Positions 20,231-29,680 of a stretch of DNA of 64,000 nt are shown one piece after another. Source of the stretch: Bacteroidota bacterium (GTDB taxonomy: Bacteria; Bacteroidota; Bacteroidia; UBA8524). The stretch covers positions 8,454 to 72,453 of the forward strand of contig WGMZ01000030.1 in assembly GCA_016124735.1 (NCBI GenBank). Reading direction: 5' to 3'. The notes under the pieces are model-generated. The model did no database searches and was not told where the DNA came from. It saw nothing but the letters and a program-made list of their open reading frames with translations. A program made the position numbers and the translations under genes. Numbering within the stretch: the first letter of the stretch is position 1; every line of letters begins with the position of its first letter.

Positions 20231-21697
20231 ATGTATTATGCAAGTCGAAACCGAACCATGATTCTCCTCTCAGCTATTGCATTATTCCTTAGCATGCTCC
20301 TGGTCGTATTCGGGCTACCTTATCTCGAATCGGAATGGAGAAATTATTATTTCAACCGAATCAAATGGAAAACGCAGATCAAATGGAATCAGTTCAAAGT
20401 AATTGACGATTTTTTTAGCAGCCGCTTTACCTACTACCGAAGACTGAATGCCGAAGGAAAAGCCAAGTTTATTTACCGGGCAATGGAGTTTAAACAGCAC
20501 TGGATCTTTGAGGGGCGAGAAGATCTGGAAGTCTCCGAACACATGGAGATGCTTGTATGCGGAGCTGCAGCGCAGCTAACCTATGGTCTGGACTATTTCC
20601 TTTTGGAGAGTTTTGAAAAAATCATCCTTTATCCTTCCACTTTTTATTCGAAAATCATCAATGCTGAGGTAAAAGGCCTGACATATGGCAGTGGTGTGAT
20701 TGCCCTGTCATGGAAAGATTTCGAAACAGGCTTCCGAATAAATAATGACGGATATAACCTGGCATTACATGAACTGGCACATGCCCTGGACATCAACAAC
20801 GAAAAAGCGTTTAAAAAGGATAAGCTGAACGAACTTTATTTCACGGATTTTATTGACACCTCCTTTTGGGAATACCGGCAGGCCAGTAAAGAAATAAGCA
20901 ATATTTTAGATAGCCGGGCCAAGCGCAATGAACATGAATTTTTTGCCGTTTGTGTGGAGCATTTCTTTGAATGTCCGGAACTTTTTCTTGAAAAACTGCC
21001 TGAAGTATTCCATCATCTCTGTCTTTTGCTTCAACAAAACCCATTAAATATTCATGCGAATTATGCACTCGACGATCAATTTACTGCGGAAGCACGGAAT
21101 GCCGGGATGTTAAATATTCCGCGACCGATTCGTTGGATCAACAAATCCAGAACACCGGTTAGTCAGGCATTTTTTTCACTGGCCATGATTCCCGGATTAT
21201 ATTCCTATATCCACCTGTCCATTTTAAACCCGCAGCATTCGGAGTTAATTAACTGGTGCCTCTTTATTGGTGGATTAATTTTCACCCTGATGCGTTCCCG
21301 TATCAGCTTTCTTGCTAACAAGTGGTCGCTACTAAACTCAGTACTGTATTTCAATTTTATCAGGGGAGCCTTGTTATGCAGTTTTATCATGTTCGTCCTG
21401 AATTCGAGTCTGTGGCATTCGAATAAAAATCTTCGCTATCACCTGCGGGATTCTGCCATTACCTGCAGGGGCGAATTTTGCTCATTAAAAGATTCTCCAT
21501 TGTTCGATTTCCCGGTCATTTACTATAATCTGAAATACTATTCCTTTCATCACAGTGAACTGGAAATGTACAAGGCAGGCTCAATTCCACTCTACCTCGA
21601 AGAGCGAACGGAGCGGGGACTTTTCAATTTGATTTTGTCGATTGATATGCGCATCGTGGCTGGAACAGCATACTATCCCGCCCGAATCAGGGATTAG
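20231..21697 (+). CDS. M90 (MtfA-like) zinc peptidase domain fused to an N-terminal TM anchor and a C-terminal multi-TM extension
   Basis: HELAHAL is followed by NEHEFFAVCVEHFFECPELF, matching the MtfA HExxH...EFFA pattern. Hydrophobic helices lie at residues ~10-30 and ~305-400. ATG at 20258 is an alternative start. Confidence 0.65.
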   Translation: MYYASRNRTMILLSAIALFLSMLLVVFGLPYLESEWRNYYFNRIKWKTQIKWNQFKVIDDFFSSRFTYYRRLNAEGKAKFIYRAMEFKQHWIFEGREDLEVSEHMEMLVCGAAAQLTYGLDYFLLESFEKIILYPSTFYSKIINAEVKGLTYGSGVIALSWKDFETGFRINNDGYNLALHELAHALDINNEKAFKKDKLNELYFTDFIDTSFWEYRQASKEISNILDSRAKRNEHEFFAVCVEHFFECPELFLEKLPEVFHHLCLLLQQNPLNIHANYALDDQFTAEARNAGMLNIPRPIRWINKSRTPVSQAFFSLAMIPGLYSYIHLSILNPQHSELINWCLFIGGLIFTLMRSRISFLANKWSLLNSVLYFNFIRGALLCSFIMFVLNSSLWHSNKNLRYHLRDSAITCRGEFCSLKDSPLFDFPVIYYNLKYYSFHHSELEMYKAGSIPLYLEERTERGLFNLILSIDMRIVAGTAYYPARIRD

Positions 21698-23498
21698 CCT
21701 CAAAATGGCTTCTCAAAACTTTTGCCTTCGCGGGACCAACAATTTCTGCCAAGGCTTTTTCATCTGCTGATTTGATTTTTTTGATCGACTTAAAGGTCTT
21801 TAAAAGGACCTGAGCCGTCTCTTCTCCTATTCCTCTGATATCCGTCAATTCGGTTTTAATGCTCCCTTTGCTTCGACGATTACGGTGATGGGTGATTCCA
21901 AACCGATGGGCTTCATCGCGCATTTGCTGAATCACTTTTAAGGTTTCTGATTTTTTGTCAATCAACAGGGGAAAAGGATCTTCCGGATAATAAATTTCCT
22001 CGAGCCGTTTGGCAATTCCGATAATGGCCATCTTCCCATAGGCCCCAATTTCCTTCAAGGCCTCCACAGAGGCACTTAATTGTCCTTTACCCCCATCAAT
22101 CACAATCAACTGAGGCAATGACTCTCCTTCTTTAATCATTCGTCCATAGCGACGTTTTAACACCTCCTGCATGGTCGCAAAGTCATTGGGACCCTCCACC
22201 GTTTGAACATTGAAATGGCGGTAGTCTTTTTTTGATGGCTTCCCATTCCGAAAAACCACACAGGCCGATACCGGAAATGCTCCCTGAATATTCGAATTAT
22301 CAAAACATTCGATATGGAAGGGCAACTCCGCTAACCGTAAATCTGATTTCATCTGATTCATCAGGCGCTCCACCTTTACTTCCGGATTGAGCCTTTCGTA
22401 TTGATCCAGTTTCTCCCGCATGTAATAGCGTGCATTTTTCTCAGAAAGCTCCAGCAGCTTTTTCTTATCGCCAATTTTTGGGATGGTAAAGCGAATGGTT
22501 TCCTCAGTAAAATCTGGCTCAAAGGGTACGATAATCTCTCTGGACGTACTGTGATAGCGCGCACGAATTTCTGCGATAGCCAGTGCCAGCAATTCCTCTT
22601 TGCTCTCCTCCAGATTCTTTTTCATTTCGATGGTCTGGGTTTGAATAATCATCCCATTCACCACTTTCATAAAATTGACAAAAGCATACTTCCCTTCAAG
22701 TGACAGCGTATACACATCCACGTCATGGATGGTCTGGCTCACAATGGTGCTTTTGCTTTGGTAATTTTCCAGAATCTCCAATCGCTTTTTGTAATACTCT
22801 GCCTGCTCAAAACGCCAGTTGTCGGAAGATTCCTGCATCATGCTTTTGAGGTAGTGTACCGCCTCACTCAGGTTTCCTTTGAGAATCCGCTTTACCTGTT
22901 CCAGGGAGTCCATATAATCTTCTTCGCTTTGCAGGCCCTCGCATGGACCTTTGCAATTACCAATATGGTACTCAAGGCAAACTTTAAATTTTCCGGATTT
23001 AATATTGCTATCGCTCAGTTGCAGGTTGCAGTTTCTCAAGGGATACAATTGCCGGATCATGTCCAGGACTGTATTCATCATCCGAACACTGGCATATGGC
23101 CCAAAATAATCCGAGCCGTCTTTCACCATTTTACGGGTGGAAATTACCTTGGGAAAACGGTCGTGGGTTATACGAATAAACGGATAGGTTTTATCATCTT
23201 TAAGATTGATGTTGTACCGCGGTTGAAACTCTTTGATTAAACTGTTTTCGAGCAGCAATGCGTCAAATTCTGAGTCCACCAGAGTAAACTCAATCCGATG
23301 GATACGAGAAACCATGACTGCCGTTTTTCTGCTGTCATGGTTTTTAGTGAAGTAGGAGCTGACCCGCTTTTTAAGGTTTTTGGCTTTGCCGATATATATC
23401 AGCTCGTTCTGATCATTGTAGTATTTATAAATACCCGGAGAACCCGGAATCTGTCGAATGTATTCTTTTAAATCCGTCTCACGTTTCCGGTCAGCCAT
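21687..23498 (-). CDS. uvrC: Excinuclease ABC subunit C
   Basis: It has a GIY-YIG N-terminus (GIYKYYNDQNELIYIGKAKNLKKR), a UVR domain, the Cys-rich CLEYHIGNCKGPC segment, an endonuclease V-like domain and a C-terminal HhH pair. The protein is 603 aa. Confidence 0.95.
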   Translation of the reverse strand: MADRKRETDLKEYIRQIPGSPGIYKYYNDQNELIYIGKAKNLKKRVSSYFTKNHDSRKTAVMVSRIHRIEFTLVDSEFDALLLENSLIKEFQPRYNINLKDDKTYPFIRITHDRFPKVISTRKMVKDGSDYFGPYASVRMMNTVLDMIRQLYPLRNCNLQLSDSNIKSGKFKVCLEYHIGNCKGPCEGLQSEEDYMDSLEQVKRILKGNLSEAVHYLKSMMQESSDNWRFEQAEYYKKRLEILENYQSKSTIVSQTIHDVDVYTLSLEGKYAFVNFMKVVNGMIIQTQTIEMKKNLEESKEELLALAIAEIRARYHSTSREIIVPFEPDFTEETIRFTIPKIGDKKKLLELSEKNARYYMREKLDQYERLNPEVKVERLMNQMKSDLRLAELPFHIECFDNSNIQGAFPVSACVVFRNGKPSKKDYRHFNVQTVEGPNDFATMQEVLKRRYGRMIKEGESLPQLIVIDGGKGQLSASVEALKEIGAYGKMAIIGIAKRLEEIYYPEDPFPLLIDKKSETLKVIQQMRDEAHRFGITHHRNRRSKGSIKTELTDIRGIGEETAQVLLKTFKSIKKIKSADEKALAEIVGPAKAKVLRSHFEANP

Positions 23499-23500
23499 GT

Positions 23501-24199
23501 TTAACTCTCCTTTAATCCATGATAAAAACCATGGATGGTTTTGTACAAGGCAAGGTGAAGGCCTTTGCTCCCATCGTTTTTAAGAGCCTGCTCAATTGTT
23601 TCTCTGGAGTCTTGCCGGCAAAAGAATGCCAACATCGGCACCATGACCTCTTCTAATTCCGGCGACTCTGAATGCCTTGCCATGTCTAAAATATCTTCAA
23701 TTCCCGCTTCCTCCATATCCTCCTTCTTCAGAATCTCTTCGTAGATGAAGAAGTCGTCTTGATACAAATCATCATCTGCCAGAAGAAATTCTCTGAGATA
23801 ATCGTCCAGGTTTACACGAACCTCTTCGGCAACGGCTTCCTGAAGATAGATATACAGATTGAGCAGCTCAGAACCCTGATCACTCGTTTCTTCTTCAATC
23901 TTCAGCCATTCCTCCGATTCAAGGTATTGCTCATCCATCGCATTTGCATCCGAAGCAATAAAGCTGAGCATGAGTAAATCAAACAAATAATGGTAAAGTG
24001 GTTCGAAAGCCGGATGTGCGTCAAATATGGCATCCAGTTCCTTAAGTTTTGAAGGAAATTCTGACGAATGCCCCATCAAAGTCACCAGGGAAGAAAGTAC
24101 ATTTTGTCCTTCTTCCGCATTCACCTCCGGATTTCCTTCTGTAAACCCTGCAATCATAGCCTGCAAAGCTTCACTGATAGGTGCAATTATCTGGCTCAT
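23501..24199 (-). CDS. Hypothetical acidic protein (232 aa)
   Basis: I chose ATG at 24199 because it forms an ATGA overlap with the stop of the upstream dihydroorotase-like gene. The track start at 24262 would overlap that gene by 67 nt. The protein is rich in Glu, Asp and Leu and has no recognised motif. Confidence 0.5.
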   Translation of the reverse strand: MSQIIAPISEALQAMIAGFTEGNPEVNAEEGQNVLSSLVTLMGHSSEFPSKLKELDAIFDAHPAFEPLYHYLFDLLMLSFIASDANAMDEQYLESEEWLKIEEETSDQGSELLNLYIYLQEAVAEEVRVNLDDYLREFLLADDDLYQDDFFIYEEILKKEDMEEAGIEDILDMARHSESPELEEVMVPMLAFFCRQDSRETIEQALKNDGSKGLHLALYKTIHGFYHGLKES

Positions 24200-25458
24200 A
24201 ACTGATTCCAATTTTCTTTGCAATAGGTTCCAAAAACCTTCCCCACTAATTCCTGATTCCAAAGCGGTGTGTAGATGGATTTTGACTTATTGCTCTCTTT
24301 ATTTAGTGTCCATTTTGTGTCGCGATCAAAGACAGTGAGTTCAGCCAGGCTGCCTTCCTGAATCGTAACAGCCTCCTGCTTTAGCAGTCTTCTTGGATTC
24401 GCCGAAAGAAGTTCAACCAATCGCTCATCGCTAATCTCAGGAACTGCTTTCAACAGCACTGGGAGTACCGTTTGCACGCTGCTCATTCCAAATGCAGCAA
24501 AATCAAACTCAACTTCTTTGTGCTCTGTGTCTTCCGGCGCATGGTCTGATATGATGGCATCTATGCGACCATCGAGAATACCTTTCTTCAAGGCTTTCTG
24601 GTCTTCTTTACCTCTGAACGGAGGAAAAACCTTATACCGCGTATCGTACTCTTCCAAATTCTCATCTAAAAACAAAAGCTGATGAACGGCAACATCGCAA
24701 CTAATTTCAAGACCCTTTTTTCTTGCTGCAGAGATACAATCCAATGCCGGTTTGGTAGATATATGCGAAAAATGCAGTCGCCCACCAGTATAACCCAGTA
24801 ATTCAATATCCCGGTTAATCGCCATGGTCTCAGCATGTGCCGGTATTCCTTTTAAACCAAGCAAGGTGCTGTGATATCCTTCATGCATTTGGCCTTTTCC
24901 TGATACACTCGGTTCATCCGGATGAATGCAAATAAGTCCGTCAAAACCTTTGGCGTACATCAAAGCCCTTTGCATCACTCCCGCTTTTACAGCTTTATTG
25001 GCATTGCTGAATGCTACTGCTCCGCTTTGATACATATCGAACATTTCCGTGATTTCCCCTCCATCCAAATCTTTGGTAAGGGCTCCCATGGGTAAAGCGC
25101 GCAGAGGCAAACGTAAGGATTGATTCTTTACGTACTCTACTTCCGATTTGCTTTGGATCACCGGATACGTATCGGGCTCAACAGCCACGGCGGTAAATCC
25201 ACCAGCCGACGCTGCACGGGCTCCCGATTCCAGGCTTTCTTTGTATTCAAAACCCGGATCGCGGAAATTCGCTCGCATATCCACCCATCCGGCAGAAACC
25301 ATTTTTCCGGCACAATCGACCGAAGGAACAGAAGGCTCTTTAATTTCTTTACTTATTTTTTGGATAATGCCCCGATCAATCAGGATATCACAAACGAGTT
25401 GGTGAAATGGTGATTGGGGATCGATCACCCGAACCTTTTTCAGAATAAGTTGGGTCAT
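24196..25458 (-). CDS. Dihydroorotase-like amidohydrolase lacking the HxH metal-binding motif (PyrC'-like)
   Basis: The 420-aa protein is collinear with type I dihydroorotases (HFSHIST, FPPFRGKEDQKAL, ISDHAPE). Where they have VDxHVHxREPG it reads VDMRANFRDPG. Confidence 0.8.
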   Translation of the reverse strand: MTQLILKKVRVIDPQSPFHQLVCDILIDRGIIQKISKEIKEPSVPSVDCAGKMVSAGWVDMRANFRDPGFEYKESLESGARAASAGGFTAVAVEPDTYPVIQSKSEVEYVKNQSLRLPLRALPMGALTKDLDGGEITEMFDMYQSGAVAFSNANKAVKAGVMQRALMYAKGFDGLICIHPDEPSVSGKGQMHEGYHSTLLGLKGIPAHAETMAINRDIELLGYTGGRLHFSHISTKPALDCISAARKKGLEISCDVAVHQLLFLDENLEEYDTRYKVFPPFRGKEDQKALKKGILDGRIDAIISDHAPEDTEHKEVEFDFAAFGMSSVQTVLPVLLKAVPEISDERLVELLSANPRRLLKQEAVTIQEGSLAELTVFDRDTKWTLNKESNKSKSIYTPLWNQELVGKVFGTYCKENWNQL

Positions 25459-27503
25459 GCTGTTTTTAGATATCTAAGCAAAAGTATTTCAATTGACACA
25501 AAGAGCAAGGCCAAAAGCACAGCGAGTTTCCACAATGGCGTACCAGCGTCCAGGTCCTTGATTTGTTTTCCGGTTTGTTCGGCATCTCCTTCCACCAGTT
25601 TAGCATCCAATCCCGGGGGAAGCAGTTGTTCTATTTCATTGTCATCCAGACAAGTTGTCTGGCTCTCCTTGCGGTCATAATTCAAGCTAATGTACTGAAT
25701 GATAGCGGCTTCACCTTTTTTTCTTAATCCGTAATTTCCCGCTTCACCGATTTCATCATCCAGCCTCAGGTATTGTGCATGGTTTCTCACTGCAAATTCG
25801 GGGATGATGGTTTTTTTATCACGAAAGATTTCAAATACATCCTCTGCTCCTTTTTCTTTCTCCAAAGGAACCCAAACATCGCTTCCGATCTGATAATATA
25901 AAGACTGCCCGGGAATGCTTCGAAATCCTGCCTGAAGCAGGGTGGCAGGGAACAAAAAGTGGTGCGATAAATTGCTCCAATCCGAATTTAACGGGAGCAA
26001 AAATGCATACACCTGTCCCTTTCCCATTTGATACAGATTGAGAAATTCTTGTCCCTCGCCGGATCCGATTAAGGTCTCATTAGGAACGGATGCCTCTGCC
26101 ATCGGATAGCAGCGCTGAAAAAGTGGAAACTCACTTCTGCGGTCCATCTTCTCAATGATTTCCTTATAAATTGGGTTCTCTAAATCCACCCGATCCATTT
26201 CACCCGCCTTCATCACCGGCTCTTGCAGTGGTGGCAAGCCCAGGCCTAAAAACAGGGTATTATTATGCTCTGCATCCAAATCATTGGGGAACAGAATCAG
26301 GCTTCCGCCATTCTCAACATATTTTTTCAGTTCAGATGCCAGTCCGGTACTCGGATTCGTAAGCGACTCCGCCAATATCAAATCATAGTCGCCAAAAGAC
26401 CGGTAGTCCATTTGATCCGGACCAACGGTGGTAAATTTAAAAAAGGAATCCGTGGCAAATACGGCCGGAATCTCTCTGGATGCATCGGGGTCTTCGCAGA
26501 TATGCAGCACATTTCGGTAATCTCTTACTTCAAATGAAAAATAGAGATTGTCGTCGAAAACAATGGGGAAATCCTGAATGCTTAATTGTGCCTGATTCCA
26601 TCCTTTCTTTTCGGGGATGAAAGACAATTCGATAATTGTGGAAAGTCCTGCTTCCAACTTAAAAGAGCTTAATCCTTTCTGAACCCCATTCAATTGGAGT
26701 TGCAGGGTATTTTCGGTGATATCCTCGCTTCCATAATTATGCACTTTCACTTTGATCTCGCTCGATTGACCGGATCTCACATAAGGCGAGTCAAACCAAA
26801 CACTATCTATGCTTAGGTTATTTCTTCCTTCTGCCCGCAGAGGCAATAGAAATAAGCGATAATTCGTATCGGGCTTCATGGCCGAAATATCACCTGTCGA
26901 TTTCTGGAAATCACTGATTTGAAAAGCAAGCTTCCCGGTATTCTCTTTTCGGTCGTCCAATAGAAAATTTCTTTGTCTTTCAAGCACTTCCGAAAGCATA
27001 CGGGCATTTGGACTATAATCTATCTCATCGATCCATTTGAGAAATGCCTCACGGGAAACTGCTCTCTGATGCCTGGCTTCAAAATCATTACTCAAAAGCT
27101 GAAAATCATCCGTTTCCCCATAAGCCATGGCCAGGTTTCTTGCTTTCTCCTTGGCCACTTCCAATAATGCTCCTTCACTGCTTTCCGCATTCATGCTAAA
27201 GGAGTTATCGATGTATATGCTCAAGCGGTTTCCTGCTTTTTGAATGCCGGCATTGTCTGCGGGGATATAAGGCTCGGCAAATGCCAGAACCAAAAAACTG
27301 AGCATCAATAAGCGCGATGCAAGCACCAGATATTTTCGTAACTCTCTTTTATTGCGGTTTTGCAATTGAACCTCTTGCAGGAAGCGAAGATTAGGAAAAA
27401 TGACTTTTTTAAAACGACGAAAATTAAAGAGGTGAATAATCACCGGAATGGCCAATACGCCTAATGCCCAGAGGAACTGAGGATTAATAAATCTCATCTG
27501 CAT
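25455..27503 (-). CDS. BatA-type N-terminal double-TM domain membrane protein
   Basis: The N-terminus FINPQFLWALGVLAIPVIIHLFNFRRFKKV matches the aerotolerance BatA/TIGR02226 N-terminal domain. There is a C-terminal TM anchor (LWKLAVLLALLFVSIEILLL). The first ATG is at 27503; the track start is a TTG. The stop overlaps the next gene's start as ATGA. Confidence 0.7.
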   Translation of the reverse strand: MQMRFINPQFLWALGVLAIPVIIHLFNFRRFKKVIFPNLRFLQEVQLQNRNKRELRKYLVLASRLLMLSFLVLAFAEPYIPADNAGIQKAGNRLSIYIDNSFSMNAESSEGALLEVAKEKARNLAMAYGETDDFQLLSNDFEARHQRAVSREAFLKWIDEIDYSPNARMLSEVLERQRNFLLDDRKENTGKLAFQISDFQKSTGDISAMKPDTNYRLFLLPLRAEGRNNLSIDSVWFDSPYVRSGQSSEIKVKVHNYGSEDITENTLQLQLNGVQKGLSSFKLEAGLSTIIELSFIPEKKGWNQAQLSIQDFPIVFDDNLYFSFEVRDYRNVLHICEDPDASREIPAVFATDSFFKFTTVGPDQMDYRSFGDYDLILAESLTNPSTGLASELKKYVENGGSLILFPNDLDAEHNNTLFLGLGLPPLQEPVMKAGEMDRVDLENPIYKEIIEKMDRRSEFPLFQRCYPMAEASVPNETLIGSGEGQEFLNLYQMGKGQVYAFLLPLNSDWSNLSHHFLFPATLLQAGFRSIPGQSLYYQIGSDVWVPLEKEKGAEDVFEIFRDKKTIIPEFAVRNHAQYLRLDDEIGEAGNYGLRKKGEAAIIQYISLNYDRKESQTTCLDDNEIEQLLPPGLDAKLVEGDAEQTGKQIKDLDAGTPLWKLAVLLALLFVSIEILLLRYLKTA

Positions 27504-27566
27504 CAAAAATAGGAAAAAGATTCAGCCCGACTAATATTCTTCGTTCGGACATCCACATCTAATTGT

Positions 27567-29240
27567 TTAAAACAAGTTTCTGGGCCGGGCCATATTCATC
27601 CTCAAGCCCAAACTCAACATGCTTGTTTTGCTCGTATAAGCCGGAATCGGACTCCTGGAATCGCGGTACAACCAAACTGCCTCCAGATACATCCGGTGAA
27701 AGACTTCATAACTCAATCTTAACTGGATGAGGTTAACATTGGTCAATGCTCCCTGGCCTGTATGGTTGCCGTACTCCGACACATAATTATTGTAGGTATT
27801 GGTCATGATGTTCCCGCCCCAATTGAGGGAATCCGAATCCAATCCTTTTTGGTTGAAAATATAGGTTCCGTAAAAAGTCCATTTTTTATTGGGGCGATAG
27901 GTCAACAGGGCTATATGTTCCCTAAAGTTGGCACCCGAAGGATGGCCGATGGGTGTTTGGAAATTTGTATAATTCTGGGAGAGCTTAAAATGCATAAAAG
28001 TATATGGACGCACGGTATTGAACTCATATTGCAGATCCAGGTTTGGGATCAGGGCATCGATTATTTTCAGTCCGACCTGTGCAGCATATTTATTCCCCCA
28101 CCAGCCATGATTATGGATATACTCATCAATCTTTAATTCATCAATCGTAAGTTGCCCATACATCTGAAAATGATGAAGAAAATTCCATTTGGCGTTCATC
28201 CCCAACATGGCATTGTCGGAACTGTTTAAACCGTGTTCTACTGAACGGTAAAATATAACCGGGTTGAGGTAATTGGCATCAAAACCCGCATTGTAACCGG
28301 TACTGTCTGTTCGGTCGAATACGATGGTTTCGAAAACTCCCACATTCAAGCTTTTTGTGATGTTATAGGACAGATGATGGAATGCTATATACTTTTTAAT
28401 CGACCGGTTAATGTCGCCCCCCCCGGGAGGTTGTACCATCTGGGCATAAAGGTTTTGGTAATTGAATTTCCAGATTTTGGTATTGATTTTCAGAAACAAA
28501 TAGGCCCGGCCAAAATCACTGAACATAAAGGAACGGTAGCCGTCGCCAATAAAGTTACGGTCATTCCCGAACTGTATCTTCAGAACATCCTTGATGGGCG
28601 AAAAGGTAATGTATCCTCTTGCCTGGAGAAAATTATATGTGTTATTGCCCAAAGTCTTCGTAAGTCCGGCTGTAGGGTAATTTCCTACAGAATCGGAAAA
28701 CTGCCTCAGATAATAAGGTGCCTTGACGATATTATCCGTCATGTAGGAATAAAATCCTATTTTCTTTCCAATCTGCCCCAGGGCCTCAACTCCCCTTGAG
28801 TTAGTATACAGGTTCTCATTTCTGGCAAAATCTCGCCCGGACTGCAGATTGAGAACAGGATTCACCCGAATGGAGAAATCTCCCTGATCGTGATAAATCA
28901 TAGCAGATTGCTGCGGGTAAAAATAATTTAATACAGGACGCCTTACCCCCGATTCCGAACCAGACCAGTCCGGATTATCCAATTGAATATAATTCAGGTA
29001 TTGAAAGTCGACAAAGGAAATCGGATGCCCCTGAATCGAAAAACTGTCCGCAAAACGAACCATGTCCCTCCTGCTGTAAGGAGCGACAGAAGAATGAAAA
29101 AACGGTGAAAAAGACCCGGAACGAATTTCCAGGCGCTGCACGCGATGATACTCGTCCGCATCGTAGGGAAGATATGCACTTTGCGCCAGAGCGCCATAAT
29201 AACTTCCGGTAACTACCAGAAGCAACAGGGCCTTTTTCAT
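27567..29240 (-). CDS. Outer-membrane beta-barrel protein, Wzi-like (capsule assembly family), tentative
   Basis: It has a signal peptide (MKKALLLLVVTGSYYGALAQ) and the N-terminal DADEYHRVQRLEIRSG segment seen in Bacteroidota Wzi-family proteins as I recall them. The 557-aa body is aromatic-rich with alternating strands and ends in ...RPRNLF. Confidence 0.5.
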   Translation of the reverse strand: MKKALLLLVVTGSYYGALAQSAYLPYDADEYHRVQRLEIRSGSFSPFFHSSVAPYSRRDMVRFADSFSIQGHPISFVDFQYLNYIQLDNPDWSGSESGVRRPVLNYFYPQQSAMIYHDQGDFSIRVNPVLNLQSGRDFARNENLYTNSRGVEALGQIGKKIGFYSYMTDNIVKAPYYLRQFSDSVGNYPTAGLTKTLGNNTYNFLQARGYITFSPIKDVLKIQFGNDRNFIGDGYRSFMFSDFGRAYLFLKINTKIWKFNYQNLYAQMVQPPGGGDINRSIKKYIAFHHLSYNITKSLNVGVFETIVFDRTDSTGYNAGFDANYLNPVIFYRSVEHGLNSSDNAMLGMNAKWNFLHHFQMYGQLTIDELKIDEYIHNHGWWGNKYAAQVGLKIIDALIPNLDLQYEFNTVRPYTFMHFKLSQNYTNFQTPIGHPSGANFREHIALLTYRPNKKWTFYGTYIFNQKGLDSDSLNWGGNIMTNTYNNYVSEYGNHTGQGALTNVNLIQLRLSYEVFHRMYLEAVWLYRDSRSPIPAYTSKTSMLSLGLRMNMARPRNLF

Positions 29241-29257
29241 TCCGACAATATACGATA

Positions 29258-29632
29258 CTAGAATGGAAGGTCGTCTGCCTCAGTAGCCGTGTAGTTTTCA
29301 CTGGTCTCCTGACTGAACTCTTGGGGGTGTGCTTCAAAATTGCCACCATCTCCACCTTCTACCGCATTTTGCAAACGCCAGGCACGAATATCTGTATACC
29401 AGCGTCCGTTGTATTCACGGGATTCAATATTGATGCTGGCTGTAATATTGGAGCCTTCCTTAAATTGCTTTAAAGCATCTACTTTTTCGCCCCATACCGA
29501 AAGACATATTTTCTTTGGGTATTGTTCAGCTGTTTCAATTACAAATTCCTGTTTTTTCCAGGAGCCGCGGGCACTTTGACCATTCACTTCATCCATTACC
29601 TGGACAATTCTTCCGGTTACTTCTAAACTCAT
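29258..29632 (-). CDS. DUF3127-family OB-fold protein with acidic C-terminal tail
   Basis: MSLEVTGRIVQV...GSWKKQEFVIET...QYPKKICLSVWGEKVD...INIESREYNGRWYTDIRAWRL matches my recollection of DUF3127. The C-terminus is ...TATEADDLPF. Confidence 0.7.
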   Translation of the reverse strand: MSLEVTGRIVQVMDEVNGQSARGSWKKQEFVIETAEQYPKKICLSVWGEKVDALKQFKEGSNITASINIESREYNGRWYTDIRAWRLQNAVEGGDGGNFEAHPQEFSQETSENYTATEADDLPF

Positions 29633-29635
29633 ATT

Positions 29636-29670
29636 TCAAAAATAATAGGCTTCTGTCGAATTCGCCAGAA
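29636..29670 (-). terminator. Possible terminator or attenuating hairpin after the dihydroorotase gene
   Basis: On the minus strand, CTTCTG-GCGAATTCGA-CAGAAG is followed by CCTATTATTTTTG. It sits between the dihydroorotase stop (29681) and the DUF3127 start (29632). Confidence 0.35.
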
Positions 29671-29680
29671 GGAGTTATCA

